Positions 9,443 through 18,903 of a DNA stretch of 64,000 nt are shown piece after piece. The first letter of the stretch is position 1. Each line of letters starts with the position of its first letter. The notes under the pieces are model-generated. The model was not told where the DNA came from. It searched no databases and saw only the letters and a program-made list of their open reading frames with translations. Where the stretch lies: positions 143,521 to 207,520 of the IMG/VR virus record IMGVR_UViG_3300044701_003953. One strand, given 5' to 3'. The position numbers and the translations under genes are program-made.

Positions 9443-10375
9443 TTAATTGTTAGGTTTGATTGTACCCAAGACTTGGTGTGCTTTAACAGTAGTAAGTTCG
9501 CCGGGTCGTTTAAGTTCTATCCAACTTACAGCCGGTTCGAAGTCTTGGTGATTGATGATCTCAAAACCCAACATCTCGCACATAGGTATCAGCAGACTTT
9601 TTGGCATATATGTCATGTAGTATCTTTCGGCATATTCGGCCGCGGCCGGTAAGTCTCCGTTGTTGTAACTGAACAAGACCTTACCACCCGGCTTTAGCAA
9701 GTTGTATATCTGTTGTAGATAATGCTTGATGGTGTCGAGACTAAGATAGTTAAAATGGTTCCAACTAAATACGAACCCAAACTGTTCCTGTGGTAACATA
9801 GAAAAATTTTGATCCTTAATTAGATATGGGCGTATGCGACGCTGATAATCCGTGTTAAACGCTTTGACGGTAGAGTCAAGGAATTCTTGGTGAACATCTG
9901 TGACATACAAAGGGTCTCCAGCCACCAGATGTTTAGTGAACTCTCCGTCTCTGCATCCAATCTCTAGAGTGGCATATCTCCAATCAAGGTTAGCATCGAT
10001 TCTGCTCATCAATATGGGCTCAGCATGTTGCGGTATATAAAGAATACGAGCTTGCCTTACACCTTCTGCTTCGTTGTAAACAAATTCAGTTTCGTAGTTA
10101 GCGGCAAAAAACTTTTTAGTGAGTTCTTCGATATCCTGCAAGAGATTATTTGTCAGCAGGGTTTTTCTTGATTCAATGATATCAAGTTCAGCAAGTTTGA
10201 TATCAATAAGCTGTATGGTGTTATTGACTATGCTAGAATAATTTTCAGTGAGTTCATATCGATCGATGATCAATTCTAGTTTCTTTCGCAGATCTGCCAT
10301 GGCAGCAACGACTTTGCTAACATCAAAAGCTAGATCGGCGTCGTTTTTTAGTGAGACTAGTTTATTGAGTTTCAT
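9443..10375 (-). CDS. Class I SAM-dependent methyltransferase with N-terminal coiled coil
   Basis: LEIGCRDG, LLKPGG. Confidence 0.75.
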   Translation of the reverse strand: MKLNKLVSLKNDADLAFDVSKVVAAMADLRKKLELIIDRYELTENYSSIVNNTIQLIDIKLAELDIIESRKTLLTNNLLQDIEELTKKFFAANYETEFVYNEAEGVRQARILYIPQHAEPILMSRIDANLDWRYATLEIGCRDGEFTKHLVAGDPLYVTDVHQEFLDSTVKAFNTDYQRRIRPYLIKDQNFSMLPQEQFGFVFSWNHFNYLSLDTIKHYLQQIYNLLKPGGKVLFSYNNGDLPAAAEYAERYYMTYMPKSLLIPMCEMLGFEIINHQDFEPAVSWIELKRPGELTTVKAHQVLGTIKPNN

Positions 10376-10390
10376 AATATACGCCGTTAT

Positions 10391-13051
10391 TTATTGCCAC
10401 TCAAACAAGCTGTCGAAAGTTGTTTTAATCTGTGTGTGTTCTTCTATCTTCCAATCTAGCACACCTAGCAGATTCTCTACCTTTTGATCCACGATAGTGG
10501 ACTCCATGTTATCGTCGTCGAAGGGCAATTCTTTGAACCAATTTGGGATATGTAACTCGTCGGTAGGGTAAGCTACGGAAGTATATCCGAGTGGATTATC
10601 TCGGAGTTTACAGACGATGACTTTCATGCCGTCCACGATCTGCATGGAATAATTGTCTCCGTGCATTCTCTTGAGGTTATTCCAATTCATACCGGCTCTC
10701 ACGTGTCCTGGCATGTTGGCTTTGCCCAGGCGTGCTTCTTCGGCTGTGTATTTGGTCAAGTTGTTGACACGCTTGGGTGTACCTTTTTCCCAAGCCGGCC
10801 TTTCTGTGAATAACAGTTTAAAGTCCCGGACCTTCTCAATGATCTCGTCCCTGCCGGATCCTGTTAGGACCATAGTGAGCAATTCGCTGAGGAACTCTTG
10901 TACCACCTTGGGGGTGTCTGAACGCTTGAGGTCCAAGCCCATGGCCTTGACCTTGCCGGGTTTGCCGTGCGTATCCAGTCGCACACCTTCGAGATCGTAG
11001 ATCAGAACAGCGTAGCGTTTTTTCTTGATGAACAAGCCCTTGGATGCCACTAGTTCACGACCGGCAGCGATGATGGCCCCCATGTCTCTGGGACAATGGC
11101 AGGCACGTTCCATGAACGCCGGGAACGAAGCGTTTACAGAATCGGCGATAGTGTCATACAGTTGTACGCAGATCTCGCGATTCCATTCCATGCGCCCGGC
11201 CTCGACCTCGTCCTTGATAGCGGGCCAAGCAGAGAAGTACACCGAGTCGGTGTCTCCGTAGATCACGCTCTTGCCCACGTGGTCATATTCGCCAGTGATA
11301 CATTCATTGACGAACGAGTCCATGTGCTTGGCGATGATACGGCCTGTCAGTGTCGTTGATTGTCCGATACGATGGTCGAAAAAGCGACAGCCCGGATTCA
11401 AGATAGCGCCGTATAGCGAGTTCAAGTTAATCTTCTTGACTAACTGACGCTTGTCCCAGAACGCTTTGTCTTCGGGAGTCTCGGCATCTTTTTTCTTGGC
11501 TTGTAGTTCTTTGCGTTCAGCATACCATCTTTCTAGCAAACCGGGGACGATACCTTTAGCATCGTACTTGAAAATAGTGCCGTTGGCACTGAGAGTCCAG
11601 GGCTGATTACTGTCGAATACCAAGCGCCATACATTGGCTGCCGATGTGACATCCGTGGTCCCATCCTCCCAGTCGATGGTGATCTCGGTGCCAGGCTCCA
11701 TATTCATGACTGATTGATATTCGAGACTTCCGAACATGTTTTCCCAGGCGTCTGCGAAACTGCTGCCGCCAGCCATCTTGTCCTTGATATATCGATCCGT
11801 CATGATAGGCCGCAGTTGGCCCACGATGGTCTCGGGTCCCATGTTTAAAGCACGGATGGTAGAAGGATACAGACTGTTCAAGTCGATGGCGCCGATGTAT
11901 TCGTGTATGCCACGCTTGGGGTAGGCCACATAAGCACCCGCGGCTTGTGTCTCACCTTGGTCATCACGGCTGCGACGATTGGGCACCACCATGCCGCGTT
12001 GGTGTGCTTCATTGATGATGGCTTGTTCTGTGACTGCCACTGCGCCCATGGTAGTGGGCAGTAACACGGTGTTGTCGTGTGCTAGTTCGTTGGCTAGATC
12101 CAGGAACCGGAGCTTCTTGTCGATTTTGACCAAGAGCATGACGTCTTGTCGGTTGTAGTCGATGAACTTGGGGAAGTCTTTGTTGTAGAGTTGGTCCAGA
12201 GTTCCTTCATAGGCCACCTTTGATTCACCGACTTCGTATTCTCCGATGGCATCCAGACTATAGGAGTGTCGTTCTTCATAAGTGTATTTACGATACAGTT
12301 GCATATAGTCCATATGTACTCGACCGATGATGTCAAAGGTCAAGTTCTCAGCACCAAAACGTTCGAAGGTACGTTGCTTAGGATACTGTCCCCACAAGCA
12401 GAATCGTCGCGTGTCGTCTTTGCTGAGAACACGATTCACTCGCATTACGGTATACGGGATATCAAAGCCTTCTGAGTTCCACCCTGTCAGGATATCTGCG
12501 TCTTCGATGAGATCAAGGAATGTATCTAACATATCCTCTTCTCGCTCAAACAAGAAGCAATTATCAAACCCATCACAGATCTCTTGCGCCGTCTCCCAGG
12601 AATAACTCTTAGGCGGGACCACTAGCGTGACGAGTCGGTCCAACCAGTCTAAGTAAACCGTGATGGATGTGATAGGATTGAAAGGATCTTCGGGTTTGGA
12701 ATATCCGCGTTCGGGGTCGAAGTCGACCTCGATGTCGAAGAAACAAGTCTGTAGTTTAGGAGATGTCGCTCCTAGATAGTTTTCTTCGAGGCAGCGGAAG
12801 ATGGGATTGATATCTGATTCCCAGAGACGTTTTCCGGAGTTGATCCGCATCTCTTTGTGGAACTCTTTGCTGTTGCGTGTGGAAAATCTACTGACAGGAG
12901 TGCCGTAGATAGTACGGAACTTGCCTTTGTTATCGTCGTAATAGAACACATACTTGGCCGGGAACTCGCGATATTCGCGGCTACCGTTTATACGTTCCAC
13001 GACATGGATAGTATCACGCTCTCTATCAAAGAGCGCATCAATATAACTCAT
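10391..13051 (-). CDS. Family B DNA polymerase (gp43-like)
   Basis: Exonuclease motifs DIE, NSEGFD and YNRQD; polymerase motifs DLNSLYPS, KKINLNSLYG, YGDTDS and KKRY. Confidence 0.97.
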   Translation of the reverse strand: MSYIDALFDRERDTIHVVERINGSREYREFPAKYVFYYDDNKGKFRTIYGTPVSRFSTRNSKEFHKEMRINSGKRLWESDINPIFRCLEENYLGATSPKLQTCFFDIEVDFDPERGYSKPEDPFNPITSITVYLDWLDRLVTLVVPPKSYSWETAQEICDGFDNCFLFEREEDMLDTFLDLIEDADILTGWNSEGFDIPYTVMRVNRVLSKDDTRRFCLWGQYPKQRTFERFGAENLTFDIIGRVHMDYMQLYRKYTYEERHSYSLDAIGEYEVGESKVAYEGTLDQLYNKDFPKFIDYNRQDVMLLVKIDKKLRFLDLANELAHDNTVLLPTTMGAVAVTEQAIINEAHQRGMVVPNRRSRDDQGETQAAGAYVAYPKRGIHEYIGAIDLNSLYPSTIRALNMGPETIVGQLRPIMTDRYIKDKMAGGSSFADAWENMFGSLEYQSVMNMEPGTEITIDWEDGTTDVTSAANVWRLVFDSNQPWTLSANGTIFKYDAKGIVPGLLERWYAERKELQAKKKDAETPEDKAFWDKRQLVKKINLNSLYGAILNPGCRFFDHRIGQSTTLTGRIIAKHMDSFVNECITGEYDHVGKSVIYGDTDSVYFSAWPAIKDEVEAGRMEWNREICVQLYDTIADSVNASFPAFMERACHCPRDMGAIIAAGRELVASKGLFIKKKRYAVLIYDLEGVRLDTHGKPGKVKAMGLDLKRSDTPKVVQEFLSELLTMVLTGSGRDEIIEKVRDFKLLFTERPAWEKGTPKRVNNLTKYTAEEARLGKANMPGHVRAGMNWNNLKRMHGDNYSMQIVDGMKVIVCKLRDNPLGYTSVAYPTDELHIPNWFKELPFDDDNMESTIVDQKVENLLGVLDWKIEEHTQIKTTFDSLFEWQ

Positions 13052-13127
13052 AGTCCTCCTGTGGTTTATGGCCCACTGGCCGTTCTACATGCTGGTTGAG
13101 CCAGCGACTCTATTATAACAGGATCGT

Positions 13128-13388
13128 TTACAGCGTACGACCAACAGTCTCAAGGATGGTGGTCAACTCTTCGTGTTCGTGAGTGGTTTCACCGAACTTG
13201 CTCTTTTGTGCGATCTTGATCGCTTTTTTCAAGATAGCAGGTTTGACTTCTAGTTCTTCTGCGATGGCCTTGATGGTGTCATTGAGGCCGGCGCTGAGGT
13301 CTTCGACTTCTTGTAGCACAGCGATGCCTTCATTGATGAGTTGTGTGAGCTTGGCTTTCTGTTCGCCGGAAAACATTCTTGAGGACAT
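13128..13388 (-). CDS. Small DNA-binding protein (T4 DsbA/GapR-like)
   Basis: 86-aa helical protein with IKAIAEELEVKPAILKKAIK, upstream of polB. Confidence 0.5.
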   Translation of the reverse strand: MSSRMFSGEQKAKLTQLINEGIAVLQEVEDLSAGLNDTIKAIAEELEVKPAILKKAIKIAQKSKFGETTHEHEELTTILETVGRTL

Positions 13389-13412
13389 TCAAATCTCCTT
13401 GATAAAAAACAC

Positions 13413-13441
13413 AGTATAGATACTTATTTTAAGATAGTCAA
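13413..13441 (-). promoter_or_regulatory. Sigma70-like promoter
   Basis: TTGACT-17nt-TATACT; the -35 overlaps the stop codon of the upstream gene. Confidence 0.7.
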
Positions 13442-14607
13442 CCCTGGAAACTTTCTAATAGTTCCATAGCCGCTTCAGTGACTCCGGGTTCCCAGGTATG
13501 GTATCCTACCCAATCATGATCGTAATACATCGGGGAGATCCACACTATTCTGCGCTCGAAATCGGGACTTTTAGATGCCACTTTGATTTTTTGGTCGGCA
13601 TAAGAACGATTGCCATCAAACTCGAAAATATATCGTTTAGCTTCGAGTTTCACACCGGCACGGCCCTTGTGTACATGTTCGAAATGATGCTGTAAATTAC
13701 TGTAACTCCATTGCACGAATTCGTCTGTATTAAAATAACTGTACTGTGCATAATCACTATGGTGTTTTCTGTCGATCGGCTTCTTGAAATCTTTGCGAAG
13801 GTGCATAAATGGTCTCACTATTGCGGTAGCCCATTTAAAATTTACATAATGCCACCACCACCAATCTGAGATAGTCTTGACATTTTCGGGATTGACTTCT
13901 ATGAGGTTTTCGGTGATCCTTCTTACATACCATTGACCGAATTCTGGATCGGCATTGATGCTTTGATCACGATCAAAGAAACTAGCGATGAGATGCTGAT
14001 TGTCTTTAAATGGTAGGAGATGTTGATCGTTATTGACCAGATGCTTGAACGCCGGAAGAGTTGGCCCAAACACAGCGTCGCCTGGATCGCCATGTATGAG
14101 TATGTATTTTTCTAAGGTTTCATTGCACATCTCAAAATCTAACAGTTGTATGTATCGGAATCTTCCTGATATATATTTTCTAAAAAAGTCAAAGTTTTCG
14201 ATGATCGATTCGGTGCTCATGACTATATCAATGATCCCTAAATCGGATTCGGAAAGATTCTTTAAGAATGAAACTAATACAGCAGTAGAATCAATTCCGC
14301 CGCTCCACATCAGTGCTATTCTTTTGTTTGCCTTTTTAGCGTAGTTAAAGACTTCTATAGCTCGTTGATCAAACAAGTCGTGTAACTTATAGTCGACAAA
14401 TTTAAGTTCAGGCATAGGATAATGATGATCGTATGGTGCTTGCCATGGAGTGGAAAAATTTCCAGTCCTGGCACGCAGATCTTTAGCGCCTATCACCAAG
14501 TGCGCAAACTTTGACCATAGGTGCCCGCTTCGGTGCTTGATATCAAGTTCGGCTACTAGATGATTGTCAACAGCTAGGCTGTTTTTTATACCTTCAACAT
14601 GGTTCAT
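13438..14607 (-). CDS. AsnB synthetase-domain-like PP-loop ATP pyrophosphatase (copy 2)
   Basis: WSGGIDST; IHGDPGDAVFG (equivalent to the GEGADELFG motif); SDWWWW. No glutaminase domain. Confidence 0.7.
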   Translation of the reverse strand: MNHVEGIKNSLAVDNHLVAELDIKHRSGHLWSKFAHLVIGAKDLRARTGNFSTPWQAPYDHHYPMPELKFVDYKLHDLFDQRAIEVFNYAKKANKRIALMWSGGIDSTAVLVSFLKNLSESDLGIIDIVMSTESIIENFDFFRKYISGRFRYIQLLDFEMCNETLEKYILIHGDPGDAVFGPTLPAFKHLVNNDQHLLPFKDNQHLIASFFDRDQSINADPEFGQWYVRRITENLIEVNPENVKTISDWWWWHYVNFKWATAIVRPFMHLRKDFKKPIDRKHHSDYAQYSYFNTDEFVQWSYSNLQHHFEHVHKGRAGVKLEAKRYIFEFDGNRSYADQKIKVASKSPDFERRIVWISPMYYDHDWVGYHTWEPGVTEAAMELLESFQG

Positions 14608-15277
14608 TTTTTAGAAGTTCAATTGATTTATTGATCGATTCGGTGAAATAGTATGCACTAATAGGTATCAGTCTGATCTTTTTCTCGATGTCTGCTTTAA
14701 TCTCATTGAGAGGACGACTATAATCTAGATCCGATAAAATGCGAAAAAGTATGCCTTGGAATTCTTCGAGTATTTTTTTCGGTACATCTTTGTTGATTAT
14801 TTCTCGATCGACAAACTCTTGTACAGCGACATCATTGGGCACTGTCAAGGATATAAACTTTTTAAACACTCTTAGACCTTTTTTGAGAGTCTCGACCTGT
14901 CGTAGATCCCTATCAAGTATATGATAGTTATGATCTCTAGATTTTTGTATAAAATCAAAAAGGAAATGCATTTTTTCTTTATACTCTATATCGTCCTGCG
15001 TGAACTTAGTCCTTGCTGGCACGAGCCTATATGAAGGATTTGTAAAATACATGTCGATCTCTATCCGTATTTTTTCTCCATTGGCTATAGTGACGTTCAT
15101 GCATCGATCATTGTTCAGGAGATTTGGTCGGTAGTTAACGATGCCGTTTAAATCTACTAGATACAGCAATTCATGGTTCATGGTTATCAACTGCAAATAT
15201 TTTAAACTTTCGTAATCACTGTTAACCATAATGAATCTATTACGAAACGTATTGAACAATGCATATTCATTTGACAT
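14594..15277 (-). CDS. Partner protein of the PP-loop enzyme (copy 2)
   Basis: Start moved to MSNEYALF (AAGGA SD). Paralog of 16442..17179: LTVPND..FVDREI vs LTIPND..FVDWEI. Confidence 0.65.
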   Translation of the reverse strand: MSNEYALFNTFRNRFIMVNSDYESLKYLQLITMNHELLYLVDLNGIVNYRPNLLNNDRCMNVTIANGEKIRIEIDMYFTNPSYRLVPARTKFTQDDIEYKEKMHFLFDFIQKSRDHNYHILDRDLRQVETLKKGLRVFKKFISLTVPNDVAVQEFVDREIINKDVPKKILEEFQGILFRILSDLDYSRPLNEIKADIEKKIRLIPISAYYFTESINKSIELLKNEPC

Positions 15278-15284
15278 AAAACTA

Positions 15285-16445
15285 TTATCCTTTAAAAGTT
15301 TCAAGTCGATAACAAACTTGCTCATTGAGATAGTCTTCCCAACGAAAGTAGCCTTTCCAATTTCGATCAAAGCATATCGGGTTGTCGGATGAAGTGCGAG
15401 TAATGACGTCGGGTGGGGCACCGGCTAACTTTGGTTTATTCTCAAAATAGAATTCATTTTTATCGAGCTCGAAAATATATCGTTTGGCTTCGATCTTGTG
15501 AGACTTCATGCCGTCCTTTAAAAGATTTTTGAGATTGCTATAACTCCAATGCTGGAAGTATTCGGTGTTATAGAAAGTATTTTCTGCGAACGTTTTTTGA
15601 TTTTCGATGCTGATGCCTTTTTTTACATCTTTTTGGGAAAAGATAAAAGGTCTCTGGCAGCTGAATTCCCATTTGTAATTGTAATATGTCCACCACCACC
15701 AATCACTGACGGTAGTCACGTTGTCGGGGTTCACTTCTTCGATGTTATCGGTTATTTTTTTGACTATCCAATTTCCAAAATTTGGAACAGAGTACGGCAG
15801 ATGTTTACCGGGCTGACAGAGATCAATGAGTTTTTTAAAATGTTTTTTATAACTTTCTTTATGTTCGCCACTGATTATCAACTCTCGATATGCAACAGTA
15901 GTTGGGCCGTAGAGACAATCTGCTGGGTCGCCATGCACTAAAATATTTTTATCAAGAAAATCGTCATTAAGGTCTAACAACGAGTAATGGAAACATTTTA
16001 TTTTATTAGAAATAAATTTCATATAAAATTCAAAATTTTCCACCATTGAGCCAGTGTTCATCACCACAGTCAATAATTCGAGATCTGTGCTACTTAGATT
16101 TTTAATAAAAGACGCCAAGACTGCGGTAGAGTCAATACCACCACTCCAAAGTACAAATATTTTTTTATTTGTTTTTTTGGCCACAGAAAATATTTCTAAT
16201 GCTCTTCGATCTAATAGATCTGAGAGAGAATCGTTGATGAATTTGAACTCGGGCGCAGAATAAAAACTATTGCTAGGAGCATTCCACGGAGTAGTGAAAG
16301 TACCCAATCGTGCTCTTAGGTCGTGTACTCCGATAAAACTATCTAGAGTCGATTTCCACATTTTTCCGTAGGGATTTTTTAGGTTGCCGGCAATGTTGAA
16401 GTTGCGCACGTCAACCATGATGGAATCTTCTATTTTTATAGTCAT
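15285..16445 (-). CDS. AsnB synthetase-domain-like PP-loop ATP pyrophosphatase (copy 1)
   Basis: WSGGIDST; VHGDPADCLYG; SDWWWW; clear paralog of 13438..14607. Confidence 0.7.
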   Translation of the reverse strand: MTIKIEDSIMVDVRNFNIAGNLKNPYGKMWKSTLDSFIGVHDLRARLGTFTTPWNAPSNSFYSAPEFKFINDSLSDLLDRRALEIFSVAKKTNKKIFVLWSGGIDSTAVLASFIKNLSSTDLELLTVVMNTGSMVENFEFYMKFISNKIKCFHYSLLDLNDDFLDKNILVHGDPADCLYGPTTVAYRELIISGEHKESYKKHFKKLIDLCQPGKHLPYSVPNFGNWIVKKITDNIEEVNPDNVTTVSDWWWWTYYNYKWEFSCQRPFIFSQKDVKKGISIENQKTFAENTFYNTEYFQHWSYSNLKNLLKDGMKSHKIEAKRYIFELDKNEFYFENKPKLAGAPPDVITRTSSDNPICFDRNWKGYFRWEDYLNEQVCYRLETFKG

Positions 16446-17179
16446 TGTTCTTTTAACACTGATAGTAAGGTTTTTTTAAAAACATCAGATAAGAATATTT
16501 TTTTCCAATTGGTATTGACGTAGTCCAACTTACCAAATTCCAATGAGTTTATTTTTTCTTCGATGATTTTTTTTGCATCGTCTTTTCGATAGTTTACGTT
16601 AATCAATAAATTTATTATATCTGATTTAAATGGTCTTGCTCGTCGAATAGCGTTGTTTCTAATTTCAATTTCCCAGTCAACAAAGTTATCGATGTTTTCG
16701 TCGTTTGGTATAGTGAGTTTTACAAACTCTTTTAACTCGATAAACCCGTTGATTTCATCGCGGAACCTTCTTTTTTCTTGTTCCTCAAATTCGTCGACGA
16801 TTTTTTCCAGGACGTGCAAAATTTTCTGCAATAACAATAAGTTGGATCTCAATATAGGGTCTGGAGGCGAATGCGAGTCCACGATTTTAGTTAGATGCAT
16901 ACCGGGGTCGGCGTCGAGTTTGATGTGTTTTACTGCTTTTGGTATACAGCCGAACTCATGACAGTTGTTATTGTCTATATTGGAAGTATCTTTTTCAGAT
17001 TCGAATTTTGATATGTTGATACAGAAAAAAAACTTCTGTTTCATAAGCACGAACTGTAACAGCTTCATGACTTTATGATTATCATCTATTAGATAAAAGC
17101 AATTTTCGGGCAACCCAAGAAGACCATATACGTCGGCATCGGATTCGAATCTTCTAAAAAAGGGAAAATGTGCTGTCAT
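16442..17179 (-). CDS. Partner protein of the PP-loop enzyme (copy 1)
   Basis: ATGA overlap with the downstream PP-loop gene; paralog of 14594..15277. Confidence 0.65.
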   Translation of the reverse strand: MTAHFPFFRRFESDADVYGLLGLPENCFYLIDDNHKVMKLLQFVLMKQKFFFCINISKFESEKDTSNIDNNNCHEFGCIPKAVKHIKLDADPGMHLTKIVDSHSPPDPILRSNLLLLQKILHVLEKIVDEFEEQEKRRFRDEINGFIELKEFVKLTIPNDENIDNFVDWEIEIRNNAIRRARPFKSDIINLLINVNYRKDDAKKIIEEKINSLEFGKLDYVNTNWKKIFLSDVFKKTLLSVLKEQ

Positions 17180-17207
17180 TTAATTTCTAACTCAACGGTA
17201 GTTTTCT

Positions 17208-17236
17208 ATTTTACTATCTTTTAAAAGATTAGTCAA
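17208..17236 (-). promoter_or_regulatory. Sigma70-like promoter of the PP-loop island
   Basis: TTGACT-17nt-TAAAAT. Confidence 0.7.
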
Positions 17237-17256
17237 TAGACTTATGGTAGATTGTG

Positions 17257-17274
17257 CTGGGCCCGAGGGCCCAG
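17257..17274 (-). terminator. GC-rich hairpin downstream of aceA
   Basis: CTGGGCC-CTCG-GGCCCAG; the U-tract is weak. Confidence 0.45.
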
Positions 17275-17308
17275 GTTATGCTAAAATGGTTTTTCTAATA
17301 CGACTTGT

Positions 17309-18592
17309 TCAGTGGAACTGCTCTTCCTCTGTGGAACCTTTGAGGGCTTGTGTGGATGCGTCAGCTTCGATGGTCGTAGTGACAGCGTCGAAGTAACCTG
17401 TGCCTACTTCCCTTTGATGCTTAACAGCTTCAAAACCACGGCTCGCATCCGCGAACTCACGTTCTTGTAACTCCACGAAAGCAGACATACCGTTCCTAGC
17501 ATAACCATGAGCAAGGTCAAACATGCCATGATTAAGAGCATGGAATCCAGCAAGTGTGATGAATTGAAAACGGTAGCCCATTGCTCCAAGTTCACGTTGG
17601 AAACGGCTAATTGTGTCTGCATCTAAGTTCTTCCTCCAGTTGAATGATGGCGAGCAGTTGTAGGCTAACATCTTACCTGGATGGTGCTTGTGTACTTGCT
17701 CTGCGAATTCCTTCGCGAATTGTAAGTCGGGCTTTCCTGTTTCACACCACACGAGGTCTGCGTAAGGTGCGTAGGCGACGGCTCTGCTGACTGCTTGATC
17801 GATTCCGTTACGGGTTCTGTAGAATCCTTCAACAGTTCTTTCACCAGTAAGGAAAGGCTTGTCGTTGTCATCAATATCGCTAGTGATAAGGTCACCGGCT
17901 TCGGCATCAGTTCGTGCAATAACAAGAGTAGGCACGCCCATAACATCACTAGCGAGGCGAGCGGCAACAAGTTTATTGATGGCTTCTCTGGTTGGTACAA
18001 GGACTTTTCCTCCCATGTGTCCGCATTTTTTAGCAGACGCTAATTGGTCTTCGAAGTGTACACCAGCGGCACCAGCTTCGATCATGGCCTTCATCAGTTC
18101 AAATGCGTTTAACACGCCACCAAAGCCGGCTTCGGCATCAGCTACGATGGGTGCGAAGAAGTCGTGATCATCTTTACCTTCCATCCACTGTATCTGATCG
18201 GCACGACGAAACGTGTTGTTGATCTTGCGGACCACGGCGGGCACAGAGTTCACTGGATACAAGCTCTGATCAGGATACATCTCTCCGGCCAAGTTGGCAT
18301 CACCTGCCACTTGCCAACCGCTTAGGTATATGGCTTTGAGTCCTGCTTTGACTTGCTGTAACGCCTGCATGCCTGTCAACGCACCCAAGGTGTTGACATA
18401 GTCCTCAGTGGTCAGTAGGTTCCATAATTTCTTGGCTTGGTCTATCGCGAACTGATCGGGATATACACGACTGCCTTGCAAGCGAACTACATCATCGGCG
18501 GTGTAGTCTCGTTTGATGCCCAACCACCTTGGGTTGGTACTCCAATCCTGTTGTATCTGATAGGCTTTCCAGCTACGAGTGTTTTCAGACAT
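17309..18592 (-). CDS. aceA: Isocitrate lyase
   Basis: KKCGHMGGK signature, [24 protein letters not shown]-terminal STEEEQFH. Confidence 0.97.
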   Translation of the reverse strand: MSENTRSWKAYQIQQDWSTNPRWLGIKRDYTADDVVRLQGSRVYPDQFAIDQAKKLWNLLTTEDYVNTLGALTGMQALQQVKAGLKAIYLSGWQVAGDANLAGEMYPDQSLYPVNSVPAVVRKINNTFRRADQIQWMEGKDDHDFFAPIVADAEAGFGGVLNAFELMKAMIEAGAAGVHFEDQLASAKKCGHMGGKVLVPTREAINKLVAARLASDVMGVPTLVIARTDAEAGDLITSDIDDNDKPFLTGERTVEGFYRTRNGIDQAVSRAVAYAPYADLVWCETGKPDLQFAKEFAEQVHKHHPGKMLAYNCSPSFNWRKNLDADTISRFQRELGAMGYRFQFITLAGFHALNHGMFDLAHGYARNGMSAFVELQEREFADASRGFEAVKHQREVGTGYFDAVTTTIEADASTQALKGSTEEEQFH

Positions 18593-18618
18593 TAGTTGAT
18601 CTCCTCAGTGTTCTTAGA

Positions 18619-18626
18619 TATTTATA
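18619..18626 (-). promoter_or_regulatory. T4-like late promoter upstream of aceA
   Basis: Exact TATAAATA followed by a GAGGAG SD. Confidence 0.6.
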
Positions 18627-18710
18627 TTGCTCTGCAATAGCAAATTTCAATGTTGGCCGTACGGGTTTTTTCCGAACCCAGGAGCAGGCCATACCAAATA
18701 TAGATCAGGG

Positions 18711-18863
18711 TTACTGTTCTGCTGATTCTCGGCAGCTAGGACACCCGCATTCTGTACAGGAGTCGCAGTCGAGGCAACTGTGTCCGCAGTGTTTTGTGCA
18801 TCCACAGGGGCATTTTGGCAAGAGTCGTTGGTAGGCTTCGATATCATCGATGTAATTCTCCAT
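18711..18863 (-). CDS. Cys-rich metallothionein-like peptide (50 aa, not in the ORF track)
   Basis: MENYIDDIEAYQRLLPKCPCGCTKHCGHSCLDCDSCTECGCPSCRESAEQ; AAAAAGGAG SD and a TAAATA element upstream. Confidence 0.7.
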   Translation of the reverse strand: MENYIDDIEAYQRLLPKCPCGCTKHCGHSCLDCDSCTECGCPSCRESAEQ

Positions 18864-18903
18864 GTCCGGCTCCTTTTTGTTTATTTACCGGGACACTGGA
18901 CTA

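Noticed and set aside
13438-16445. PP-loop proteins as QueC
   Set aside because: They lack the QueC C-terminal zinc cysteines, and the second motif matches the AsnB family.
18647-18847. 66-aa ORF from the track
   Set aside because: The overlapping Cys-rich frame 18711..18863 has the strong SD and a meaningful composition.
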